Position numbers and translations under genes: made by a program. 64,000 nt of DNA. It comes from Acidobacteriota bacterium (GTDB lineage: Bacteria; Acidobacteriota; UBA890; WLXD01). The stretch spans positions 2,176,001 to 2,240,000 of the forward strand of contig CBDBHB010000009.1 in assembly GCA_965205505.1 (NCBI GenBank), written 5' to 3'. This document shows positions 1-10,678 of the stretch, in pieces. Position 1 is the stretch's first letter; each line of letters opens with the position of its first letter. The notes below the pieces were generated by a model that saw only the letters and a program-made list of their open reading frames with translations, did not search any database and was not told the origin of the DNA.

Positions 1-195
1 TCGAAACTGTGGATCGTTCCCGTTGATGGGTCAGAGCCAGTCGCCACAGAGCTCGTGTATGAGCTTGCCAACGGCGGCTCGGCTCCGATTAAGTTCCACC
101 CCGATGGGACGCGCATCGTCTACGCGGCGGGCGGCTACTTCTCCCAGTTCTGGGCCTTGCACAATCTCGCGCTCGACTCGCCTGACTCGCCCTAG
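1..195 (+). CDS. 3' end of a TolB/PD40-like beta-propeller protein (partial, runs in from the window edge)
   Basis: Frame 1 is open from base 1 to TAG at 193-195: SKLWIVPVDGSEP...FHPDGTRIVY...QFWAL, typical PD40/WD40-like repeat text. Confidence 0.55.
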   Translation, partial: SKLWIVPVDGSEPVATELVYELANGGSAPIKFHPDGTRIVYAAGGYFSQFWALHNLALDSPDSP

Positions 196-235
196 TAGGT
201 GCCGAAGAAGCTCGCTCTCTAGAGAAGTCTCTCCG

Positions 236-1267
236 ATGGGGACGCGCATGCTGCGAGCAACGATGCTCGTCTTGCTGCAGACGATGCTGCTGCTAGCGGT
301 CGCTCAGACCGCCTGTGCCACGCGGTCAGCGCCGCGGACAGTCGGAGCGGAGTCCAGTCGGCCGCTCGGGCTGGATCTGTACCGGCCCGAGCCCGATGAC
401 AATCCGACCGTGCCCGCGACGGTCGCACTCGGCCGGCGCCTGTTTCATGAGCGACGGCTCGCGCGCGACCGCTCGCTCGCCTGTGTCGACTGCCATCGAC
501 CCGCGCTCGCCTTCACCGACGGCCGTGCCAAGGCCGTCGGCGTGTACGGGCGCCGTGGGCCGCGCAGCGTGCCGACGCTCGTGAATCGTGCCTGGGGCGA
601 ATCGTTCTTCTGGGACGGCCGCATCGACACTCTCGAAATGCTGGTCCTGGCCCCGATCGTGGCCGAGCTGGAGATGGACCTCACGATCGGCGAAGCCGTC
701 GACCGTCTCCGTGGCACAACCCCGTATCCCACGGCGTTTCGGGAGACCTTTGGTGGCGAAGTGAACGGCGCCGACCTCGCCCGCGCGCTCGCCGCCTACA
801 TTCGCACCATCCAAGCCGGCGGATCTCCTTACGATCGATATGTCTGGGGCGACCCGGCCGCGCTCTCCGCGGACGCCCAGGCGGGCCTCCACCTGTTTCG
901 TGGCCGAGCAAACTGCACTGTATGCCATGCCGGCGCCAACCTGACGGACGAACAGTTTCACAACACCGGTGTCTTCTGGGGTCAGCAACCCTACGATGCG
1001 GGGCGCGTCGTGGTCACCGGCGTCTCCGAGGACACCGGCAAGTTCAAGACACCTACGCTGCGAGAGATCGAGCACACCGCTCCCTACATGCATGACGGCA
1101 GCATCGCGACGCTCGAAGAGGTGGTCGATTTCTACGACCGGGGCGGAAACGCCAATCCGTACCGGGACCGGGAGCTGCGACCCCTGTCTCTCACTGGAGA
1201 GGAGAAAGAGGCGCTGCTGAACTTCTTGAGGAGCCTCAGTGGCGAGATTCGCGAGGGCCTGGAGTGA
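236..1267 (+). CDS. Di-haem cytochrome c peroxidase (CCP/MauG family), secreted
   Basis: Signal peptide; two CxxCH motifs (CVDCH, CTVCH); FWDGR, FKTPTLR and TAPYMHDGS motifs. Start may be 236 or 248. Confidence 0.9.
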   Translation: MGTRMLRATMLVLLQTMLLLAVAQTACATRSAPRTVGAESSRPLGLDLYRPEPDDNPTVPATVALGRRLFHERRLARDRSLACVDCHRPALAFTDGRAKAVGVYGRRGPRSVPTLVNRAWGESFFWDGRIDTLEMLVLAPIVAELEMDLTIGEAVDRLRGTTPYPTAFRETFGGEVNGADLARALAAYIRTIQAGGSPYDRYVWGDPAALSADAQAGLHLFRGRANCTVCHAGANLTDEQFHNTGVFWGQQPYDAGRVVVTGVSEDTGKFKTPTLREIEHTAPYMHDGSIATLEEVVDFYDRGGNANPYRDRELRPLSLTGEEKEALLNFLRSLSGEIREGLE

Positions 1268-1505
1268 CGCGCCGTCGATGAAGCACGGTTTCCACCCCGT
1301 GTCCGTTGTCGCCCGGTTCGGAGTTCAGTAAGGACACGGACCAGAACCGACTCGAACGTCCGCGGCCTCGGATACCGATTCGATACACGAATCGTACAGA
1401 ACCCTGACAGTCACGAGGCATCAAGCTGGACACTCCACTTCTAGGATCGGGACCTTCTGTAGGCGCGCGGCATCCGGCCACACGCCAAACCTGCGGGAGA
1501 CAAGC

Positions 1506-2889
1506 ATGCGTATTGGCAGACTAATGATAGGCGTGGTGGGACTCGTGGCGTTGACGATGCCGCCAGTAACCGTCGCAAGTGCCCAGGCCCAGGATGCCCC
1601 ACGGATTCTCAGCGTAAAGGAATCGCCGAACAGCAGGAGCCTACTGATCATGGGTGCTCGGCTGTCGAAGGGGGAAGAGCCAGTTGTGACCCTTGAAGGT
1701 GAGCAGCTGGAGGTTGTGCGGGTCACGCGCTCGCTGGTGAGAGTCAGGCTACCGGAAGACATCGAGAGCGGTACCTACCTGCTCACGCTGCAGAGCGGTG
1801 CGAATCAACCCACCCCGTTTCATGTAGCCCTTGGGGCGGCTGCGCCCATCGGCACCGTCTACACCGGCTGTTTGGCCAACAACGGCGATCTCCGGAACGT
1901 CGCGATCGGCCTGCACCCGTCAAGTATCTGCGATGCGGGTTGGACCCAGATCAGCTGGAACGAACAGGGACCGCCAGGACCACAGGGACCACCAGGAGAA
2001 GACGGTGCTGATGGAGAAGACGGTGCCGATGGAGAAGACGGTGCCGATGGAGAAGACGGTGCACCGGGTCCGTCAGGAGTAGACGGTGCCGATGGAACCG
2101 ACGGTTTGCCGGGAACGGACGGTGCTGATGGAGCAGACGGAGCGACCGGCGAGACCGGACCCCAGGGGCCTCCGGCGTCTACGCCATGGAGTCTCAATGG
2201 AAGCAACGTGGTCTATAACGCCGGCAACGTCGGCATCGGGACGACGACTCCAGGAGAAGCGTTAGACGTAGTCGGAGTAGTTAGAGTCATCAACCCGGCA
2301 GGTGGATTCGCGTTCGGTATTAATGGTCCTGCCCACGTGAGACGACTTCAAACGTTTCGACTCTGGTCCGAGTATTCGATTCCTAGGTGCAGATAATCAC
2401 TATGCAAATGTCGGTGTGAGAGGTTTGTCTGTTGGTTCAGATCATGCTCTGAGTGGAAATCTTGGATTCCCAACTTTTGTTCCGCCTCTGTACGGAATGA
2501 TAGTCGAAGGCAGCGTTGGAATCGGGACGCGCAGCCCAGCCGAAAAGCTGCATGTGATAGGCAACATTCGCGCCACCGGCAGTATCTCGCCCGGCTCATC
2601 TAGAGAGTTCAAGGACAACATCGCTCCGCTCACCGAAAGCGAAGCCTTGGACACTTTTGCGGCCCTTGAACCGATCAAGTTCACGTACAAGGCGGACACG
2701 TCCGGCGATCTTCAACTGGGCTTCATTGCGGAGGACGTGCCAGAGTTGGTGTCGATCCCCGGCCGGAAGGGCGTTGCGCCAATGGATCTCATTGCGGTGC
2801 TGACCAAGGTCGTGCAGACGCAGCAGGAAAGGATCGCCGACCTTGAGGAGCGGTTTCGAGAGCTAGAGGAATCCTCACGTCGTCGGTAG
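1506..2889 (+). pseudogene. Secreted collagen-like protein with C-terminal peptidase S74 (intramolecular chaperone) domain, split by a frameshift near 2335-2341
   Basis: ORF 1506-2396 has a signal peptide, GXY repeats and GNVGIGTTTP. The other frame is open from 2341 to 2889 with VGIGTRSPAEKLHV, SSREFKDNI, LGFIAEDVP and a coiled-coil tail. Confidence 0.75.
2001..2060 (+). repeat. 18-bp tandem repeat (gacggtgcYgatggagaa, about 3.3 copies) encoding GEDGAD collagen units
   Basis: Directly visible in the sequence. Confidence 0.85.
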
Positions 2890-3158
2890 TCGGCGGAGCT
2901 GAAGGTCGAACCGTGGCCAACGGCTTCGAGGATATCGACGGCGACGGCGACAGCGACTGGGTCGGGCACTTCCGCACGCGGGACACAGGGATTCTCTGCG
3001 GAGCAACCGATGCTCCTGTGACCGGCGAGACACTCGACGCGCAAGCGCTCGAAGGCAGCGACTCGGTCAACATCGTGAAATGCTGACGGGTTGATCTCTC
3101 AGCAGTTAGCGCCCCTGGGGTTGTATCCTGGGGGCGTTTCTGTTCGCGGGAATCGGCC

Positions 3159-5582
3159 TCAAGTCTTGCCCCGCTGCCGTGAACTGGCTTCGGGCGGGTG
3201 TAGCGTCAGCGTCGAGACGGTGTTGGCGGCGATCGCTGCTTCGCTCCAGTGCACCGGGTGCAAGACACCGGCCAGGTAGTCGGCCAGTTGGTCGTCGTAG
3301 TGGCGGTCGGCTGGGTGCCCCGACTGGCCGGCCGGCAAGACGGCGAGCGATCGGTCGGGATTATCGAGGTCGGCGACCCATCGCATCGATGGTCCGTACG
3401 ACACGTTCTGGTTACCGTCCGACCAGGAGCCGCCGAAGGCCGCGACGGTGGTAGCCGATCCGGGTAGCGGGATCGGTCCGCGATTGAACCAACGGCCGAT
3501 TACCGGCACCGATCCGGCGGGGTTGCGCAGCCACAGGTGGTGAAGCTCGGCGTAGTCCCAATCATCCATCTGTGCGCCCCAGCGGGTCGTGGCTTCATGC
3601 AAGGCGCGTTCGAGAGCGGCGGCAACAACGTTGCGACGCGTCTCGCGCTCGGGTGTGCCGACATCGTCGAACCACTCGGCCGACAGGTCACCACGCAACG
3701 CGCGCAGAAGCTCCTCCCGTCCGCCGATCCGCCGCAGCCGGTGCGCCCGCGCCTCATCGTCGAATGTTGCGATCGTTAGCTCGCGGTCCAGTATGAGAAA
3801 CAGCGCTCCGGCACCGCTCATCGCCATCGCGCCGTCCCAGGTGGCTAGCATGTCGTACGCGGTCGCGGCGGCGCCCGTGTACTCGTCTCCTAGCAGTTGC
3901 ACCAGCTCGAGGGCGTACCGCGAGCGGATATCTGCCTGCACCGACTGCATGTCGTCGGCGGTCCATCGATCGCGCCGCTCGAGCAGCTCGCGGATTCGCT
4001 CGGCGCGGTGTGGGGTATCGAAGTTGGCGGTAAACGGCGCGGCGCGCGACGGTTCGGTGCCGGCTCGTATGTCGTGGTTCGCGGTGACGATCACATCGGC
4101 GCTCGGTCGCAGCATCGTGGGGTTGTCGACTTGTGAGAACAGACCGCTCCAGCCGTAGTCGGCATCCCAGGCGGGGGCCGGCAGCCTCCCATCTCCGGTG
4201 CGTCGCACCGGAACCCGACCGATCGCCGTGTACAACAACCCGTTGTCGCGATCGGCGACGACCAGGTTCTGTGCCGGGGCGACGTAGCTATCCAGCTGGC
4301 CGATGAGATCGTCGACCGAGTCGGCGCGCGCCAACCGCAGAAAGGCGGCGGGCAGATCCGCCGGCGCGCCTCCGGTCCAGGCCATGCTGCGGGCCGGCAG
4401 GCCGCGCTCGGGATCAGATTCGAGCACGACGCCGATATCCGAGTACCGCACTGTCAATGTCACGGGGTCGGCGCCGGCGACCGCGATGCGCTCTTCGGTG
4501 GTCTCCAGTGGCACCCAGCCGTCGCCGCGCTGCACGGCCGATCCGTCGGCACTGAGACGCTCGAAGAAGATGTCGTGATCGTCGAGCATGACGTTGGTCA
4601 GGCCCCAGGCCAATCGGTGTCCGCGTCCGATGACCACGAACGGAAACCCGGGTAGCGTCATGCCAGCTGCCTCGTAGTCTGGCGCTCGCAGCACGACCTG
4701 GTACCAGAAACCCGGCAGGCTCAACGGCAAATGCGGATCGTTGGCCAGCAGCGGAAGCCCGGAGGCGGTGCGCGAGCCCCCCAGCGCCCAGCTATTGCTG
4801 CCCGGGCTGCCGAACAGCAAGGCGGCGGAGTCTTGTCGTTCGTCGACAGGCGCACGGATCTCGGACGCTACCGATTGTGGCGGTGTTTCGCGCGCCAGCG
4901 CGGCGATCGATTCGGCGACCTGGAGGTGCGGCTCGCCAAGCAGATCGGCGAGGCGCTCGCGACCGTATGCCCGCAGCCACTCGTAACGATCCTCCTCCGG
5001 GCGCCCCTGCCAGAACGAGAGCTCGTGCGCCATTTGCAGTTGGAAGAAGAAGCTGTGGATCGGCTCCCAGGGCTGCGGATCAATGCCGAGAAGTCGCAGC
5101 TCCGGAGGTAGGTCGGGCCCACGCTCGCCCAACCAGGCGTTGACGCCGCGCGAGTATGCTTCCAGCAGGGCCCGCGTCTCGGCAGATGCGGCCTCGAGCA
5201 TGGTAGCGGCATGGCGCGGCATGCCAAGGGATCGGAAGTAGCGATCCGAAGGCAGTGCCACCGGACCCACCACTTCGGCGAGCCGCCCGGCTGCGAGCCG
5301 ACGACCGAGCTCCAGCTGGACGAGTCGGTCGTTCGCATGCAGGTAGCCCACCGCAGTGGCCAAGTCGACGACGCTCGAGGCGGTGACGTGCGGTACGCCC
5401 CAATCATCAAAGCGAACCGTTACTGACGACGCGAGTCCCGACAGCGCCGCCTTGCCGGAGCGTCGCGGCATGCCGCCGCGTGAGATCCACCAGAAGGCGC
5501 TCATCGCAACGATGAGCAGCAGCGTGACAGCCACCAGCACGCCGAGCGCGATTCGACGAATCATTCCGCGAGCCTCTGACAC
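3159..5582 (-). CDS. Penicillin acylase family protein (peptidase S45, Ntn hydrolase)
   Basis: N-terminal TM; DDWGVPHV; GSNSW beta-subunit nucleophile Ser; ANDPHL; GQSGH. Confidence 0.92.
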   Translation of the reverse strand: MSEARGMIRRIALGVLVAVTLLLIVAMSAFWWISRGGMPRRSGKAALSGLASSVTVRFDDWGVPHVTASSVVDLATAVGYLHANDRLVQLELGRRLAAGRLAEVVGPVALPSDRYFRSLGMPRHAATMLEAASAETRALLEAYSRGVNAWLGERGPDLPPELRLLGIDPQPWEPIHSFFFQLQMAHELSFWQGRPEEDRYEWLRAYGRERLADLLGEPHLQVAESIAALARETPPQSVASEIRAPVDERQDSAALLFGSPGSNSWALGGSRTASGLPLLANDPHLPLSLPGFWYQVVLRAPDYEAAGMTLPGFPFVVIGRGHRLAWGLTNVMLDDHDIFFERLSADGSAVQRGDGWVPLETTEERIAVAGADPVTLTVRYSDIGVVLESDPERGLPARSMAWTGGAPADLPAAFLRLARADSVDDLIGQLDSYVAPAQNLVVADRDNGLLYTAIGRVPVRRTGDGRLPAPAWDADYGWSGLFSQVDNPTMLRPSADVIVTANHDIRAGTEPSRAAPFTANFDTPHRAERIRELLERRDRWTADDMQSVQADIRSRYALELVQLLGDEYTGAAATAYDMLATWDGAMAMSGAGALFLILDRELTIATFDDEARAHRLRRIGGREELLRALRGDLSAEWFDDVGTPERETRRNVVAAALERALHEATTRWGAQMDDWDYAELHHLWLRNPAGSVPVIGRWFNRGPIPLPGSATTVAAFGGSWSDGNQNVSYGPSMRWVADLDNPDRSLAVLPAGQSGHPADRHYDDQLADYLAGVLHPVHWSEAAIAANTVSTLTLHPPEASSRQRGKT

Positions 5583-5962
5583 ATGAGCCGGGGGCGCAAG
5601 CGCTCGACAGCTTCGGAAACCGCCAGGTCAGTCGGTATAGCGCAGGCTGCTGGCGCAGTGCTCTACCTGCGCGGCAATCGCCTCGTACTCATCGGCTGGA
5701 GCTCCCCAGCTGATCACGTACGGGATCCCTGCATGCAGGAAGAGCAAGCGGCGGACCTTGATCGGTCCGGCGACGCTCGGGCGCAAGCTCATGGAGTCGT
5801 GCACACGCAGGCCGTTGAGTCGCCAGAAGGTCGGGCGAGCGGAAGCGGCGGCCGGGGCACATAAATGTTCCGCACCCCACAGTAGGTGCGACTTTTGACG
5901 AGCCCGGCGGCTCTTACTAGGTACTCGAGTGATCGTTGTTCCCCAGCGACTGGAGGTCAGTG

Positions 5963-6964
5963 ATGTTTGCTGTGAACCTACGCTCCCGCATCGTAGTTGC
6001 GGTGGTGGGGCTGTGTGCCGTGGCGGGTCTGATGGCGGTGTCGGTAGGCGCCGTGCAGGCGGGTGCGGTGCAGACGGAAGAAGAAGCGAAGCAGGCTGAA
6101 GAGATGGCGCAAGCCAAGGAGGTCTACGCCCGGCACATGCAAAAGGCGGCGCAAGCGGCCAGGCGGGCCGCTGAGGCCGGCCGCCAGCGCCTGGCCAAGC
6201 ACCTGGTGCAGGCCAGGGGACATTGGACCGAGGCGCGGCGTCGCGGCGCCGAAGCCGTTCGCGAGGCGTTGCAGGACGGCCGCGGCCGGATGCGTGGCGC
6301 CCCGCGTATCGCGATCCGTCATCGTGGGCCGGGGGGCGGCGGCGGAATCGCCGAGCGAGTCTTGCGCCTGGCCGAGGATCTCGAGCTCACCGAGCAGCAG
6401 GAAAGCGAGATCCGCGACGCACGGCGGCAATATCGTCGAGCGTCGATCGAGCGCGAGGCAGCGATCGACGTCGCCCAGCTTGATCTCGAAGAGCTGATGG
6501 TGGATCCACACACCGCGGACCTGGGTGCCGTCGAGCAGCAGATGCAGGCGATTGGCATGTTGCGCGTCGAGAGCCGAGTCGCCGATCTGCGCCTGAATCA
6601 ACAGGCATGGGGAACGCTCACCGCCGAACAGCGCGACCAGCTCCAGGATGGGCGCCACAACGCCTTCTTCCTACGCGGCGATGGCCCGCGCGGTTGGTCC
6701 CTCTCGGGCGATGACTTCATGTTGAACTTCGATGCCGACGACTTCGTGCATGAAGAGTGGCTGAACGACTTCGATTTCGATTTCGACTTCGGGTCGGGCG
6801 AGGACACGCCGTTCGGCGGACTCTGGCGCTTGCACGAGTGGCAGGACGACGAGGGCTGGCACGAGCACGAGGGCGAAGACGAGGACGAAGACAAAGACGG
6901 CGAGGTGAAGACGAATGCTGGCGCTGCCGGCGCCCTGGGCGTCGGCGTTCGCGCGCTCTTCTGA
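5963..6964 (+). CDS. Periplasmic Spy/CpxP-like (LTXXQ) protein with acidic C-terminal tail
   Basis: Signal peptide; LELTEQQ and LTAEQ motifs; helical repeats. Confidence 0.65.
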   Translation: MFAVNLRSRIVVAVVGLCAVAGLMAVSVGAVQAGAVQTEEEAKQAEEMAQAKEVYARHMQKAAQAARRAAEAGRQRLAKHLVQARGHWTEARRRGAEAVREALQDGRGRMRGAPRIAIRHRGPGGGGGIAERVLRLAEDLELTEQQESEIRDARRQYRRASIEREAAIDVAQLDLEELMVDPHTADLGAVEQQMQAIGMLRVESRVADLRLNQQAWGTLTAEQRDQLQDGRHNAFFLRGDGPRGWSLSGDDFMLNFDADDFVHEEWLNDFDFDFDFGSGEDTPFGGLWRLHEWQDDEGWHEHEGEDEDEDKDGEVKTNAGAAGALGVGVRALF

Positions 6965-7042
6965 CCCCAACTCGCCTCAACCAGGCCCACAACACTTCCA
7001 CCACAGCCTGTTACAGGACACTAGGCGACGCTAAACGTCGCA

Positions 7043-7084
7043 GACGGCCCGGTCCGAAACCTTCCTCCCTCGGTCCGGGCCGTC
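7043..7084 (+). terminator. GC-rich hairpin downstream of the Spy-like gene (possible terminator)
   Basis: gacggcccggtccga ... tcggtccgggccgtc inverted repeat; no clear U-tract. Confidence 0.35.
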
Positions 7085-7162
7085 GCTCGTGCGGCGGTTG
7101 CCGACTGCCTGTCAACGCCGCGCCGGCGACGTTAGGGGGCGTCTCGGTGTATACGGGGTCGC

Positions 7163-8485
7163 ATGACGCCGTCGCCGATCTCGCTCCGCCGCCGCTTTTT
7201 TCGGCTGGCCATCCCCAACATCCTCTCCAACGTCACTGTCCCCCTGGTGGGTCTGGTCGATATGGCCTTCCTGGGACACCTGTCCAACATCGACTTCCTC
7301 GCCGGCGTGGCGCTTGGCGCGGTGATCTTCGACTATGCCTACTGGACCTTCGGGTTCTTGCGCATGGGCACCACCGGAACGACGGCGCAGGCGGTGGGTC
7401 GCGACGACCATCGCGAGGTGTGCCACATCCTGTATCGGTCGCTCGCGGTGGCGATTGCGGTGGCCGTCGTGCTGTTGTTGGCGCGCCACCTGATCCGCGA
7501 CGTCGGCTTTGCGATGCTGTCGGGCTCGTCTGGCGTGGAGCGGGCCGGGACAGACTATTTCAACGCCCGCATCTGGGGCGCCCCGGCGACGCTGAGCAAC
7601 TACGTGTTGCTGGGGTGGCTGTTGGGACGGGAGCGGGCGCGCGAGGCCCTGCTGATCACCGTCGCGGGCAACCTGGCGAACGTGGCGCTCGACTACCTGT
7701 TCATCGTCGAGCTCGGTTGGGCCGCCACGGGGGCCGGTGTGGCGACCGCCGTAAGCCAGTACCTGATGCTGCTGATCGCCTCGGTGTGCGTCTATCGTAC
7801 GGGTCCGCTGGCGCCCGTCACCGCCGCCGCGGTGTTCGATCGCGAGCGGTTGGCGGCGCTATTCCGGCTCAATCGCGACATCCTGCTGCGCACGCTCGCG
7901 CTGCTCACCACGTTCGCGCTGTTCACCAACTTCAGCGCCCTCATCAGCACCACCGTCCTGGCTGCCAACGCCATCCTGATCCGCCTCCATTTGGTGGCCG
8001 CTTACTTGATCGACGGCGCCGCGTTTGCCACCGAGAGCCTGGCGGGTATCTACTACGGGCAGCGGGATGTCGATAGGCTGCGGCGGGTCCTGCGGCTCGC
8101 CATGATGACTGGCTTGGCATTTGCGGCTCCCGTGCTCGTGGTGATGCTTCTGGCACCCGGAACCGTGTTCGGCATCATGACGTCGCACTCGGCCGTCACC
8201 GTGGCTGCCCAACGGTACGCGCCGTGGATGGTGCCAATGCTCACGGTCGGGTCGATCGCCTACATCTACGATGGCTTCTTCATCGGCATTACCGAGGGCA
8301 AGGTGCTGCGCAACCAGATGATCGTCAGTGCCCTGGTGTTCTTCTTGCCGGTCGCCTGGTTGGCGGTTCGCCGGGGCGACAACCACCTGCTATGGGTTGC
8401 GATCGTGCTCTTCATGATCGGTCGCGTCATTACCATGTGGATCGCAGAGCGCCGCGTGTTCGATCGATTGGAAGGCCAGCGGTGA
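7163..8485 (+). CDS. dinF: MATE family efflux transporter (DinF-like)
   Basis: LAIPNILSNVTVPLVGLVD and FLRMGTTG motifs; about 12 TM segments. Confidence 0.88.
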   Translation: MTPSPISLRRRFFRLAIPNILSNVTVPLVGLVDMAFLGHLSNIDFLAGVALGAVIFDYAYWTFGFLRMGTTGTTAQAVGRDDHREVCHILYRSLAVAIAVAVVLLLARHLIRDVGFAMLSGSSGVERAGTDYFNARIWGAPATLSNYVLLGWLLGRERAREALLITVAGNLANVALDYLFIVELGWAATGAGVATAVSQYLMLLIASVCVYRTGPLAPVTAAAVFDRERLAALFRLNRDILLRTLALLTTFALFTNFSALISTTVLAANAILIRLHLVAAYLIDGAAFATESLAGIYYGQRDVDRLRRVLRLAMMTGLAFAAPVLVVMLLAPGTVFGIMTSHSAVTVAAQRYAPWMVPMLTVGSIAYIYDGFFIGITEGKVLRNQMIVSALVFFLPVAWLAVRRGDNHLLWVAIVLFMIGRVITMWIAERRVFDRLEGQR

Positions 8486-8958
8486 AGACGACGCGCGACA
8501 ATTTGCAGGTGGTGCTCGTGGAGCCCGAGATCCATGGCAACACCGGCAACGCCGGGCGCACGTGCCTGGCGGTGGGCGCGCAACTGCATCTCGTCGCACC
8601 CCTCGGCTTCGAGCTCGACGACGCCAAGGTGCGGCGTGCGGGGCTAGATTACTGGCCGCGGGTCACGCCGCAAACGTGGAACAGCTGGTCCGACCTGGAG
8701 CCGCTCCTGCCGAGCTTGGGTACGGCGTATTTCTTTTCCGCCGAAGCCGAGCGCGAGTACTGGGACGCCGACTACCGTCGACCGGTGACGTTGGTCTTCG
8801 GCCGTGAGTCGGTCGGCCTGCCGTCGGCGATACGCAGCCGCTACCAAGATCGTCTCCTGCGATTCCCCATCGCCGACCCGGGCGTACGCTCGCTCAACCT
8901 TGCCAACTGCGTGGCGCTGGCGTGCTTCGAGGTGCTTCGTCAGCGCCGGCGCGAGTGA
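8482..8958 (+). CDS. trmL: tRNA (cytidine/uridine-2'-O)-methyltransferase (SPOUT family)
   Basis: VLVEPEIHGNTGNAGRTC, RRAGLDYW, FGRES, RSLNLAN; GTG start overlaps the MATE stop (GTGA). Confidence 0.9.
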   Translation: MKTTRDNLQVVLVEPEIHGNTGNAGRTCLAVGAQLHLVAPLGFELDDAKVRRAGLDYWPRVTPQTWNSWSDLEPLLPSLGTAYFFSAEAEREYWDADYRRPVTLVFGRESVGLPSAIRSRYQDRLLRFPIADPGVRSLNLANCVALACFEVLRQRRRE

Positions 8959-9015
8959 GCGAGGAGCAGCCACGCCATCGAGGAGCTGCTTCCCGCTCGG
9001 GGACCTACGCAACGA

Positions 9016-10182
9016 TCATCTGTTACAGGCCACTAGCGCCTGATCCAAGTCGGCGATCAGATCGTCGGCAGCCTCGATCCCCACCGACATGCGGATGAGG
9101 CTGTCGGTAACCCCGGCTGCGGCGCGCGCTTGCGGCGGCATGCCGGCGTGGGAGGTGGTCGAAGGGCGAGTGATCAGGGTCTCCACGCCGCCAAGGCTGG
9201 GTGCTTCAATCGGTAAGCGCACGCCCTTTACGACCTGTCGGGCAGCCTCCACGCCGCCATTCACCTCGAAGCTGAGCATGCCGCCGAAGTCGTCCAGAAA
9301 GCGCCCGGCGCGTTGGTGATCGCGGTTGCTCGCCAGTCCCGGGTAGTTGACCGACGCCACCGCTGCATGCCCTTCGAGAAACACGGCGATGCGTGCTGCA
9401 TTGTGGTTTTGCTGGCGCACCCGCACGGCGAGTGTCTTCACGCCCCGATGCAACAGGAAGCAAGCGTGAGCGTCCAGCGATCCCCCGAGGTGGTTGGTCG
9501 TACGGCGTACGGCCTCGACGAGCTTCGCGCTGCCGATCACCGCACCAGCGGCGAGGTCGGTGTGGCCGTTCAGATACTTGGTGGCCGAGTGCAGCGACAG
9601 ATCGAACCCCCATTCCGCCGGTCGGAAATTGAGCGGGCTGGCGAAGGTGTTGTCGATCATCGAAACGAGGCCGCGGTCCTTGGCGAACGCCGCGATGGCC
9701 TCCAGCTCGCCAACCTGGATCAGCGGGTTGGTGATTGTCTCGGCGTAGATCACCTTGGTCGAGGGGCGTACCAGGTTGCCCCACGAGTCAGGGTCGGTGG
9801 GGTCGAAGGTGTCGACGGCGATCCCCCAGCCGGGTAGGTCGTCGAACACGAACGAGTGCGTGCCGCCGTAGAGGCAGTTGTGCACGAGTAGGTGATCCCC
9901 CTGGCGCAGAACCGATAGCAGCGCGCTGGTGATCGCCGCCATCCCGCTGCTCGTCGCCAGCGCCGCCTCGGCGTTCTCGAGTGACGCTAGCTTGGCGTGG
10001 AGGATGTCGTGGGTCGGGGTGTTGCTCAGGCGAGCGTAGCGGAGGTCGTCATACGAGCCTGTGCCGGTGTACTCGAACGTCGAGGACTGGAAGATGGGCG
10101 GCACTACCGCGTCGCCGATGCGGGGCTCGGGCTCGCCGGCATGGATGAGCTTGGTGTCGATGCTGGAGGTGCGGTCGGCCAT
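9016..10182 (-). CDS. PLP-dependent Cys/Met metabolism enzyme (cystathionine gamma-synthase/lyase family)
   Basis: [31 protein letters not shown] (PLP lysine), SLGGVETL. Confidence 0.9.
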   Translation of the reverse strand: MADRTSSIDTKLIHAGEPEPRIGDAVVPPIFQSSTFEYTGTGSYDDLRYARLSNTPTHDILHAKLASLENAEAALATSSGMAAITSALLSVLRQGDHLLVHNCLYGGTHSFVFDDLPGWGIAVDTFDPTDPDSWGNLVRPSTKVIYAETITNPLIQVGELEAIAAFAKDRGLVSMIDNTFASPLNFRPAEWGFDLSLHSATKYLNGHTDLAAGAVIGSAKLVEAVRRTTNHLGGSLDAHACFLLHRGVKTLAVRVRQQNHNAARIAVFLEGHAAVASVNYPGLASNRDHQRAGRFLDDFGGMLSFEVNGGVEAARQVVKGVRLPIEAPSLGGVETLITRPSTTSHAGMPPQARAAAGVTDSLIRMSVGIEAADDLIADLDQALVACNR

Positions 10183-10430
10183 ACGGGTCTCCTGCTTGGC
10201 GTCGCTTGGGCACTGGTGGCGCCCACGCCTACTGTGCCCGATGGCTTGCCAGCACGCGAGCCGATCTCCGGGCTGCTAGCAGGCCGTGGTGGAAGTGTGG
10301 CGCGCTTGCTCTGACCGGCGCGTCTGGCATACGTGCTATTTTTACAGCACCTTCGGAACCCGCGGCCTTGCTCGTGCGTCCTAAAGACAGCGGGCTCTCG
10401 CCGAGAGCACAACTCCCCAAGTTGGTCGCC

Positions 10431-10574
10431 ATGCAAGATGTTCTGCAAGACCTCAAGTTCGCCGCACGCTCCCTCCTGCAGACGCCGGGCTTCGTGGTGG
10501 TGGCGGTATTGACGTTGGCGCTTGGCATCTCTGCCATCGTTCAGATCCGGTGCATTCCTGAGTTGACCTATTAG
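10431..10574 (+). pseudogene. N-terminal fragment of an ADOP/MacB-type ABC permease, truncated by the island's left end
   Basis: [33 protein letters not shown] is the typical N-terminus; the frame diverges right after LGI at about 10533. Confidence 0.8.
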
Positions 10575-10678
10575 TCCCTAAGCATCAGTAGAGTCAGACA
10601 GTTACGAGTATTCGTCCATCTTGCGTGTTCCCGGACAATCCGCTACATTCCCGCCTTTAATGGCGGAATGAGAGGGGG

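Noticed and set aside
6757-8076. Long alternative-frame ORFs (this one and, for example, 56701-58260 and 35269-36135)
   Set aside because: These are shadow ORFs typical of high-GC DNA and overlap well-supported genes.
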